Positions 56,117-64,000 of a stretch of DNA of 64,000 bases are shown here, piece after piece. A program made the position numbers and the translations under genes. How positions within the stretch are numbered: position 1 is the first letter of the stretch; each line of letters opens with the position of its first letter. This DNA comes from a virus: IMG/VR virus record IMGVR_UViG_3300020455_000006, positions 58,670 through 122,669 of that record; one strand, written 5' to 3'. The notes below the pieces were generated by a model. The model had not been told where the DNA came from, searched no databases, and saw only the letters and a program-made list of their open reading frames with translations.

Positions 56117-58321
56117 ATGGCACTTCGATTAGCATCTCCAGGTATTTCAGTAAGAGAAGTTGATTTGACCCGTGGGGCTGTGGATTTCAGTCTAAACGTC
56201 GTAGCGGGTTTAGCGGCTCCTTTCAAACGAGGACCTGTCAATGAAATTACTAGAATAAACAACGAAAAAGAATTAATAGATGTTTTCGGCACACCTGGTG
56301 TCGGAACAACTGATAGGCATTACGAGTGCTGGTATTCTGCAGCGAATTTTCTATCATATGGTGGTAAATTAGATATAGTAAGATCAGCAGGTGGAGATCT
56401 AAACAACGCAAACGCAGGTGTAAGCACCTCTGCATTGGGTGGTATCTACGATAGTTCACTCAAAGTTGAGAACTACGATGATTGGAACAACAATCACCAA
56501 GATGATACAACATGGTATTTCGCAGGTAAATATCCAGGTAGTTACAACAACGGAGTAAAGGTATCGGTTATCGACAACTTCGCTGATCAGACAGTGACAC
56601 CAACATTTACAGGTGGTGACATTTCTGCAGTCGTTGTTGGTGCAGGTATTACTCAGGCATTGACTGGAGTCACAGTCGGTGTTGGTACAACTGCTGCTGC
56701 AAGCGGAATTCTAAAAGGAATTGTTGCTGGTAAATCCGCAACTACAGTTGATGTCAAGGTTGTAAGTACAGTCATAGATGGTGAAGAAAAATTAGTTGAC
56801 TATCAATCAAACTCACAGTTCGAGTTCAAAGACGGAACTGGTATTTACTTTACTAACGCTTCAGGAACAAACGTTGCTTCATCAGCAGGTGGAACTCCTT
56901 CGCATGTAGTGGTTGATTGGTATGATCAGCAGAATATTCTGACAAGTGTGGCAGACGGTGGAACAGACCTTGTTACAGTTAAATGGAGATCAGTACTCAA
57001 CAAGCCGAAAGACAGTAATTTTACAAGATCTAGAAACGGTAGAAACGACGCACTTAACATTGTAGTTATAGACGTTGATGGTAAGATTACCGAAGAACCA
57101 GGATCAATCATAGAGAAGTTTGGAAATCTATCTAAAGCATCTGATGGTCAAGGTGTAGGTGGAGCACCAATCTACTATAAGAATTTCCTTGCAACAAACT
57201 CAGAGTACATCTGGTCTGGACAACATGTGACTACTGCAGATGATGCACATCATGGCACAGTTGTCACAGCATCTGGTTACTCATCTGGTTTCACTGCAGT
57301 CACAGACGCAGCTGGACAATGGGGTCAAGAAGCAAGAAACAATAAGTTCTCTTCAATAGGTAACGCAGGTTACAAGTTTGAGTCAGGAAGAGATTACACA
57401 GGAATTGGTCTTTATGATCCACCATTAGGAGACATCCTAAATGGTTATGATAAGTTCAATGATGACGTAAATAGCGACATCAGATTCTTATTACAAGGAA
57501 GTGCACATAAGACTAAGGAAGAAGAACAGGCGAAAGCAAACAAATTGATTTCTATCTGCGAGTTGAGAAAGGATTGTATTACATTCATCTCACCTAACAG
57601 AGAATCAACAGTCAACGTTGCTGACCCTGCAGATCAACTCAAGAATACATTGAGTTTCTTTGGTCCTATCACCGCATCATCTTATGCGATATTTGATACT
57701 GGTTATCAGTACGTTTATGATAGGTTCAACAAGAAGTTTGTTTACATACCAATATCATCAGATATAGCAGGTCTATGTGTAAGAACAGATAGGGATCAGT
57801 TCCCTTGGTTCTCACCTGCAGGTTTGATAAGAGGTGGACTAAACTTCACAGTTAAGTTGGCATTCAACCCTGCACAGGAAGCAAGAGATCAGTTGTACTC
57901 TCAGAGAGTCAACCCAGTTATCTCAAGACCTGGCGACGGTGTAATTCTATTCGGTGACAAGACTGCCATGGCGGTTGAGAGTGCATTCGATAGAATCAAC
58001 GTAAGAAGATTGTTCATCACTCTTGAGAAAGCAATCGAGAATGCTGCTAAGTCAGTGCTCTTTGAACTCAACGATGCTGGAACTAGACAAAACTTTGTCA
58101 ATATCGTTGAACCATTCCTACGTGATGTTCAAGCAAAGAGAGGTATTCAAGACTTCTTACTTGTTTGTGACGAAACAAACAACACACCTGATGTAATAGA
58201 CCGCAATGAGTTCCTTGCTGATATATTCATCAAACCAGCAAGATCAATTAACTTCATTGGTCTAACATTTGTTGCTACAAGAACTGGAGTATCCTTCAGT
58301 GAAGTTGTAGGAACTGTGTAA
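56117..58321 (+). CDS. gp18: Tail sheath protein gp18
   Basis: SPGISVREVD, PWFSPAG, FDRINVRRLF, IKPARSINFI. Confidence 0.98.
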   Translation: MALRLASPGISVREVDLTRGAVDFSLNVVAGLAAPFKRGPVNEITRINNEKELIDVFGTPGVGTTDRHYECWYSAANFLSYGGKLDIVRSAGGDLNNANAGVSTSALGGIYDSSLKVENYDDWNNNHQDDTTWYFAGKYPGSYNNGVKVSVIDNFADQTVTPTFTGGDISAVVVGAGITQALTGVTVGVGTTAAASGILKGIVAGKSATTVDVKVVSTVIDGEEKLVDYQSNSQFEFKDGTGIYFTNASGTNVASSAGGTPSHVVVDWYDQQNILTSVADGGTDLVTVKWRSVLNKPKDSNFTRSRNGRNDALNIVVIDVDGKITEEPGSIIEKFGNLSKASDGQGVGGAPIYYKNFLATNSEYIWSGQHVTTADDAHHGTVVTASGYSSGFTAVTDAAGQWGQEARNNKFSSIGNAGYKFESGRDYTGIGLYDPPLGDILNGYDKFNDDVNSDIRFLLQGSAHKTKEEEQAKANKLISICELRKDCITFISPNRESTVNVADPADQLKNTLSFFGPITASSYAIFDTGYQYVYDRFNKKFVYIPISSDIAGLCVRTDRDQFPWFSPAGLIRGGLNFTVKLAFNPAQEARDQLYSQRVNPVISRPGDGVILFGDKTAMAVESAFDRINVRRLFITLEKAIENAAKSVLFELNDAGTRQNFVNIVEPFLRDVQAKRGIQDFLLVCDETNNTPDVIDRNEFLADIFIKPARSINFIGLTFVATRTGVSFSEVVGTV

Positions 58322-58339
58322 TAGGAGACCCCCACAATT

Positions 58340-58975
58340 ATGGCATTAGACAGAAACATTTTTTCCATACCAAATAATGAGAGGTCAATTGACTCTTTCA
58401 AATCAAGGTTGGTACAGGGTGGTGCTCGTCCAAACCTCTTTGAGGTTGAGATGGACTTCCCTTCAGGTGTAGGTATTTTCGATGAAGAGATTGAGAATAC
58501 AAGACACAGAATGATGATCAAGGGTGCACAGTTACCCGCATCAAACATTGCTGAAGTCGTCGTTCCTTTTAGAGGAAGACAACTCAAGGTAGCAGGTGAT
58601 AGAAGATTCGACCCATGGACAATCACAATTATCAATGATGGTGATTTCAGACTCAGAGAAGCGTTTGAAAGATGGTCAAACTTTATCATCAAAGTATCTG
58701 ACGGATCGGGTACAATCAACCCATCTACCTATTTTTCAGACTGGATTGTAAACCAATTAGGTCGTGCATCTACTGACCTCAACGTAAGAGGAGAAAACAG
58801 TGGTGCTACACTACCAGTTCTTAGAAGATATGCAATGCATGGTTGCTGGCCAAGTCAGGTAAGCCCTATAGAACTATCATACGACACAGCAGACGTAATC
58901 GAAGAATTCCAAGTTACCCTCCAAGTACAGTGGTGGGAAGCGTATAATGGCAATTCTGAAGATTCTGTGGTATAA
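58340..58975 (+). CDS. gp19: Tail tube protein gp19
   Basis: GARPNLFEV, FRGRQLKVAGDRRFDPW, IEEFQVT. Confidence 0.97.
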   Translation: MALDRNIFSIPNNERSIDSFKSRLVQGGARPNLFEVEMDFPSGVGIFDEEIENTRHRMMIKGAQLPASNIAEVVVPFRGRQLKVAGDRRFDPWTITIINDGDFRLREAFERWSNFIIKVSDGSGTINPSTYFSDWIVNQLGRASTDLNVRGENSGATLPVLRRYAMHGCWPSQVSPIELSYDTADVIEEFQVTLQVQWWEAYNGNSEDSVV

Positions 58976-59004
58976 TAAATAGGTCAACACAGTAGAATAT
59001 AATT

Positions 59005-60681
59005 ATGGCAAAACTTTTTGGGTTTGGGCTACCTGAACCCAACAAGGAGAATAAGAATATTATCAGTCCTGTTCCTCAGAATAATGAGGATGGGGCTGAT
59101 TATTTTCTGTCCAGTGGATTTTACGGTCAGTATGTAGATATTGAAGGCGTATTTCGTACAGAGTTTGATGTAATAAAAAGATATCGTGATATGTCACTTC
59201 ATCCTGAGTGTGATACCGCAGTAGAGCATGTGGTAAACGAAGCGATTGTATCTGATAGCAATGATAGTCCTGTTGAAATAAATCTTGATAACCTTCCTGT
59301 TAGTGAAAATCTAAGAAAAGTTATAAGGGAAGAGTTCAAGGGAGTTAAAGACTTACTACAGTTTGATAAAAAAGCACACGAGATATTCAGAAATTGGTAC
59401 GTAGATGGTAGACTCTACTATCATAAGGTTATTGATGTACAAAAACCAGACGAAGGTATACAAGAAGTAAGATATATTGACTCTCTCAAAATCAAGTTGA
59501 TGAGAGTACAGAAGAAAGATAGAGGACCTAAAGGTACACAGGGAATACCTGTTTTACCATATAATGAAAAGGATGCTGTTAGAGATGCTGAAGTAAAAGA
59601 ATTTTACACATACTATCCTCAAGGTATGGCACAGAGGTATGGTTCAGTTGCAGGTAAAGGAATAAAAATATCAAAAGATTCTATAACACATGTACATTCT
59701 GGATTAGTAGATAGAAATAAAAAACTTACTCTCTCTTATCTTCACAAAGCAATCAAGGGACTCAACCAGTTGAGAATGATTGAGGACTCTCTAGTCATCT
59801 ATAGACTATCAAGAGCACCTGAGAGAAGAATATTCTATATTGATGTTGGTAATCTTCCAAAGGTAAAGGCAGAGCAATATCTACGTGACGTAATGTCTCG
59901 CTATAGAAACAAGTTAGTATATGATGCTAACACAGGTGAGATAAAAGATGACAAGAAGTTCATGTCTATGCTAGAGGACTTCTGGTTACCACGTAGAGAA
60001 GGTGGTAGAGGAACAGAGATCTCTACATTACCTGGTGGACAGAACTTAGGTGAACTTACAGATATAGATTACTTCCAGAAGAAACTATATCGTTCACTCA
60101 ATGTACCTGAGTCACGTATTGGTGCTAATGACGGATTCAATCTAGGTAGATCATCTGAGATACTCAGAGACGAACTTATGTTCAGTAAGTTTGTAGGTAG
60201 ATTGCGTAAAAGATTCAGTGGTTTATTTGTTGACCTACTCAAGACTCAACTTATACTCAAGAATATATGCACTCCCGAAGATTTCGAGAAGATGGCAGAG
60301 CATATACAGTTTGACTATAAGTATGACAATCATTTTGCAGAACTCAAGGATCATGAGTTGATGACTGAGCGTCTCAATATCATGGTTGCTATCGAACCTT
60401 ACATCGGTACATACTATTCAAGAGACTATGTAAGACGTAAAGTTCTACGTCAAACAGATGAAGAGATAGAAGAAATGGTACAGGAGATGGAAGATGAAAA
60501 TGCAACAGGAGTTGGTGTACCATTAGAGACGCAAAATCAAATGGTTCAAGGTAGAATTGATGCAGATGTTGAAGCAGCAAAAGCATTAGGGAAGACACCG
60601 AAGGAACCAGATCTTTCAAACTCTAAAGGAGAAGGGGCAACTGAAGCACCCTCAATAGATATCAAGAAGGCGAAGATATAA
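59005..60681 (+). CDS. gp20: Portal vertex protein gp20
   Basis: WYVDGR, RAPERRIFYIDVGNLPK, EDFWLPRREGGRGTEI. Confidence 0.99.
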   Translation: MAKLFGFGLPEPNKENKNIISPVPQNNEDGADYFLSSGFYGQYVDIEGVFRTEFDVIKRYRDMSLHPECDTAVEHVVNEAIVSDSNDSPVEINLDNLPVSENLRKVIREEFKGVKDLLQFDKKAHEIFRNWYVDGRLYYHKVIDVQKPDEGIQEVRYIDSLKIKLMRVQKKDRGPKGTQGIPVLPYNEKDAVRDAEVKEFYTYYPQGMAQRYGSVAGKGIKISKDSITHVHSGLVDRNKKLTLSYLHKAIKGLNQLRMIEDSLVIYRLSRAPERRIFYIDVGNLPKVKAEQYLRDVMSRYRNKLVYDANTGEIKDDKKFMSMLEDFWLPRREGGRGTEISTLPGGQNLGELTDIDYFQKKLYRSLNVPESRIGANDGFNLGRSSEILRDELMFSKFVGRLRKRFSGLFVDLLKTQLILKNICTPEDFEKMAEHIQFDYKYDNHFAELKDHELMTERLNIMVAIEPYIGTYYSRDYVRRKVLRQTDEEIEEMVQEMEDENATGVGVPLETQNQMVQGRIDADVEAAKALGKTPKEPDLSNSKGEGATEAPSIDIKKAKI

Positions 60682-60712
60682 ATAACACTAAGTGTTTATT
60701 TAAAATTAGTTT

Positions 60713-60964
60713 ATGGAACCGCATGAAATTGTAGATCTTGTCGGCACAGACTCACCTTCCTCGGAAGTAGCTGATGCTATTAAGCAAGCACTACTTGTCA
60801 AATCGGCAGCGAAAATTGATGCTATAACTCCTGATGTTGCAAACGCTCTGTTCGGAAATGAACCCGAAGAAACAGAAGACGAAGTAGCACCAGAAGCAGA
60901 GGCAGAGACAGAAGTAGACGCTTCAATTGATCAAGATCAAGAAACTGAACAGGAAGAAGAATGA
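60713..60964 (+). CDS. Small acidic prohead-region protein
   Basis: Glu-rich C-terminus; directly after gp20; TATAAATA at 60677. Confidence 0.7.
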   Translation: MEPHEIVDLVGTDSPSSEVADAIKQALLVKSAAKIDAITPDVANALFGNEPEETEDEVAPEAEAETEVDASIDQDQETEQEEE

Positions 60965-61527
60965 GTGCATCACAACCACTTAAATTAGTAACGGATATTG
61001 GTGAGGTTTCAAGTGCAAACGCAACCTCTGCAGTAACGTCTGCTCAAACTGTGAAGACAGGTGTACTTTACGTTGTTTGTTCAGATGCAAAAGCAGCAGG
61101 TCATATTGCTGTTTGCAACACTGCAAACCAAGCAGGTGTTGGATCTTTCCATGTATGTAAAGGAGATAGTTTCCTATATCGTTACGGACATCCAGCAAAT
61201 TCACCAGTATCAGCAATTAGTAAAGCAGCATCTGCTGTTATTACTATAGACCACACAGATAGTAAGATTCAAGTTGGTGATTACGTCACCCTAAGTGGAT
61301 CAGCAGTAGGTGCTTACAACAGCACAATTGCACATGTAGAAGTTACTGCTAAGTCAAATCCACAACAGTGGAATGACTATAAGCAAACTATTACAGTTAA
61401 TGCTAATACATCTGCACTAGCAGATTTTACAGGAACAGCAACTCTATCTAAGTCTGTCATATTCAGACTCGCACCTGAGACTGCATCAGGATGCACATTA
61501 CACTTACACGAGGTAGGTATCGGATGA
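60961..61527 (+). CDS. Hypothetical virion-associated protein
   Basis: 188 aa, beta-rich, coupled to gp21. Confidence 0.7.
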   Translation: MSASQPLKLVTDIGEVSSANATSAVTSAQTVKTGVLYVVCSDAKAAGHIAVCNTANQAGVGSFHVCKGDSFLYRYGHPANSPVSAISKAASAVITIDHTDSKIQVGDYVTLSGSAVGAYNSTIAHVEVTAKSNPQQWNDYKQTITVNANTSALADFTGTATLSKSVIFRLAPETASGCTLHLHEVGIG

Positions 61528-62171
61528 AATTAATCTCTGAAGAAATTGAATCAGTAGATATTCTGACCGAAGAAAAAGACGGTAAGAAGACTCTATACAT
61601 TCAAGGTCCTTTCTTACAGGCAGAGGTAGTGAATCGCAACAAACGTTGCTATCCTATCAACACCATGATGAAGGAAGTGACAAGATACAATACTGACTTT
61701 GTATCTAAAGGTCGTGCTCTTGGAGAACTAGGTCATCCAGATGGTCCGCAAATAAATCTTGATAGAGTATCACATAAGATAGTATCACTTACACAAGAAG
61801 GTAATAACTTTGTAGGTAAGGCACAAATTCTTAGTACACCCATGGGTAAAATCGCTGAATCTCTCTTAGATTCTGGTGTAAAACTTGGAGTGTCCTCAAG
61901 AGGAATGGGATCTATCGTAAATAGAGAAGGCGTATCTTACGTTGGAGAAGATTTCATGCTTGCTACTGCTGCCGATATAGTGGCAGACCCTAGTGCACCA
62001 GACGCTTTTGTTGATGGTGTAATGGAAGGTAAAGAGTGGGTATGGGAAGGATCAGTTTTGCGTGAAAAGAAAACTGAGGCGATTAAAAAGGAGATAAATA
62101 CCCTCGTAGATCAAGGAATTTTGGAGCAAAATCGTTTAAGATTATTCCAAGACTTCTTGTCAGATCTATAA
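61524..62171 (+). CDS. gp21: Prohead protease gp21
   Basis: NRNKR.Y, GELGHP, GVSSRGMGS, DIVADPSAP; start set to the ATG at 61524. Confidence 0.97.
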   Translation: MKLISEEIESVDILTEEKDGKKTLYIQGPFLQAEVVNRNKRCYPINTMMKEVTRYNTDFVSKGRALGELGHPDGPQINLDRVSHKIVSLTQEGNNFVGKAQILSTPMGKIAESLLDSGVKLGVSSRGMGSIVNREGVSYVGEDFMLATAADIVADPSAPDAFVDGVMEGKEWVWEGSVLREKKTEAIKKEINTLVDQGILEQNRLRLFQDFLSDL

Positions 62172-62219
62172 TTGTCTAAATAATAACAGAAATTCTAAGG
62201 AAAAATACGGAATTAACCA

Positions 62220-63308
62220 ATGGCTGCGAAAACACAACTACATGAAATGGAGAACCAGGTTACCAAGGGTGCAGCAAAAGCTGACCCAATGCCAAAGGCT
62301 CCAAATTATGTTCCCGATGCTGGTGGATCTTACGAAGATCTTGGAGGTCCTACACCTACAAACAGCAAACCAGATGACGACTCTAATAAGTTAAAGACAC
62401 CTAGTGCAAAATTTGCACAGCAAGGTGATCCTCAAACTAAGGGTACTGCTGGAACAGTACAACTACCTGGACCTGCTGCGTTAAAGAGCACAGGATATGG
62501 TCGTGGTGCTAATGAGGAGACACAGCCAGAAGGTGAGGAAGTAGTTTCCGAAGAACCTGCTACCGAAGAAGAGGTAGTTGCAGAAGTTCAAGAAATTGAA
62601 ATCAACCTTGAAGATGATGTGAAAGCATTATTAGAAGGTGAGGAACTATCTGCAGAATTCAAAGAAAAGACCAAGACAATTTTTGAAGCCGCAATCAAAT
62701 CAAAAATTGAACTTGTTCAAAGCAATCTAGAAACTCAGTACGAGAACAAACTAACTGAAGAAGTTAGCAGCATCCGTAATGAGTTGACCGAACGTGTTGA
62801 TTCCTATCTAGAGTACGTTGCAAACGAATGGATCAACGAGAATGCGTTGCAGGTCGAATCAGGAATCAGAGGGGAACTCTCTGAATCCTTTATGACAGGT
62901 CTCAAAGGACTTTTTGAAGAACATTATGTATCAATCCCTGAAGAGAAATATGATGTACTTGAGGCAATGGTCACTAAACTTGATGAAATGGAGACAAAAC
63001 TCAACGAACAGATTGACAGTAACGTCGCTCTAACTCAGCGTCTATCTGCATCTGTCTCCGACAACATCCTTGATGAAGTTAGCAGTGGATTAGCACTTTC
63101 TCAGAAAGAGAAACTTGCAGAACTAGCTAAAGGTGTTGAGTTTGAAAGCGAAGAACAGTACAGGGAAAAACTCTCAACGTTGAAGGAAGGTTATTTTACC
63201 AAACCTGCAGCAACAGAGAACCCAGAAGTCATTTCTGAAGAAGCACCTGTAATGGATACTAATCCTACAATGGATGCGTATGTTCAGGCACTGACTAAGT
63301 TCCAATAA
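62220..63308 (+). CDS. gp22: Prohead core scaffold protein gp22
   Basis: LSAEFKEK..TIFEAA, VDSYLEYV, LKGLFEEHY. Confidence 0.95.
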   Translation: MAAKTQLHEMENQVTKGAAKADPMPKAPNYVPDAGGSYEDLGGPTPTNSKPDDDSNKLKTPSAKFAQQGDPQTKGTAGTVQLPGPAALKSTGYGRGANEETQPEGEEVVSEEPATEEEVVAEVQEIEINLEDDVKALLEGEELSAEFKEKTKTIFEAAIKSKIELVQSNLETQYENKLTEEVSSIRNELTERVDSYLEYVANEWINENALQVESGIRGELSESFMTGLKGLFEEHYVSIPEEKYDVLEAMVTKLDEMETKLNEQIDSNVALTQRLSASVSDNILDEVSSGLALSQKEKLAELAKGVEFESEEQYREKLSTLKEGYFTKPAATENPEVISEEAPVMDTNPTMDAYVQALTKFQ

Positions 63309-63346
63309 ATTAACTAAAACTTAAACCCCCGAAAGGACAAACAATC

Positions 63347-64000
63347 ATGTTTAACTCTGGACAACTCCAGAAGAAGTGGGCACCTCTTTTAGAGGCTGAA
63401 GGAATTGATAAAATTACCGACAACCATAGAAAAGCGGTTACTGCACAACTTCTAGAAAACCAAGAAAGATTTTTAAGAGAGGAGAGAGCATTCTTATCAG
63501 AAGCACCTCCTACAGTAAACACAGACCCTTCAGGCACAGGTAACCCAGGTTTCTCTGGTTCTGCTGCTACAGGTGGTCCCGTTGCTGGTTTCGACCCTGT
63601 GTTGATCAGCCTTATCCGTCGTGCAATGCCTAACTTGGTCGCTTATGACCTAGCAGGTGTTCAACCAATGAACGGTCCTACAGGTTTGATCTTCGCAATG
63701 AGATCAAGGTTCGACAATCAGAACGGAACAGAAGCATTATTCAACGAACCAGATTCAGCATTCTCTGCTCAGAACTCTGCTGCATCACTCACACAGGGTG
63801 ACTACACAGGAGCAACTGATGGAGATAGCGACGTTGGTTTCGGTACAACTGCACAAGGTGGTACAAACCCATCAATCTTGAACGGTGGTGCTAACAATGC
63901 ATACAGCACTGGACAAGGTTTCAAGACACAAGATCTTGAAAAGTTAGGAGATAATACTTCTACTAACGACTTCCGTGAGATGGCATTCTCCATCGAGAAA
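63347..64000 (+). CDS. gp23: Major capsid protein gp23 (5' part, runs off the window)
   Basis: Manual translation MFNSGQLQKKWAPLL...LLENQE...FDPVLISLIRRAMPNL.AYD..GVQPM.GPTGLIFAMRS...FREMAFSIEK. Confidence 0.98.
   Translation, partial: MFNSGQLQKKWAPLLEAEGIDKITDNHRKAVTAQLLENQERFLREERAFLSEAPPTVNTDPSGTGNPGFSGSAATGGPVAGFDPVLISLIRRAMPNLVAYDLAGVQPMNGPTGLIFAMRSRFDNQNGTEALFNEPDSAFSAQNSAASLTQGDYTGATDGDSDVGFGTTAQGGTNPSILNGGANNAYSTGQGFKTQDLEKLGDNTSTNDFREMAFSIEK

Noticed and set aside
53304-60681. Introns or inteins in gp17, gp18 or gp20
   Set aside because: The ORFs are continuous, of ordinary length, and show no splicing motifs.

Overview
This window is a 64-kb segment of an AT-rich T4-like cyanophage (marine cyanomyovirus; the host is probably Prochlorococcus or Synechococcus, inferred from gene content and order). 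1-2.5 kb: the end of an early region, with host sigma70-type promoters and a largely non-coding stretch holding 12 exact GTA-N8-TAC palindromes (NtcA-box consensus) around a small winged-HTH gene. 2.5-14.8 kb: an accessory tailoring-enzyme island with 7 SGNH-like proteins, 3 sulfotransferase-fold proteins, a kinase-like ORF, a radical SAM/SPASM enzyme, a NodU/CmcH carbamoyltransferase, an HNH nuclease, a GT-A-like protein and a structured manA-like ncRNA. 14.9-64 kb: the late structural module (gp25, gp6, gp7-like, VrlC-like proteins, gp8, two fibres, gp13-gp22 and the 5' part of gp23). Two insertions interrupt it: a sulfotransferase-like/methyltransferase/di-iron cassette between the fibre genes, and an NfuA-like carrier plus a split radical SAM/SPASM pair between gp17 and gp18. 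All calls come from reading motifs and gene order; no database searches were run. No CRISPR array, tRNA or integrase was recognised.
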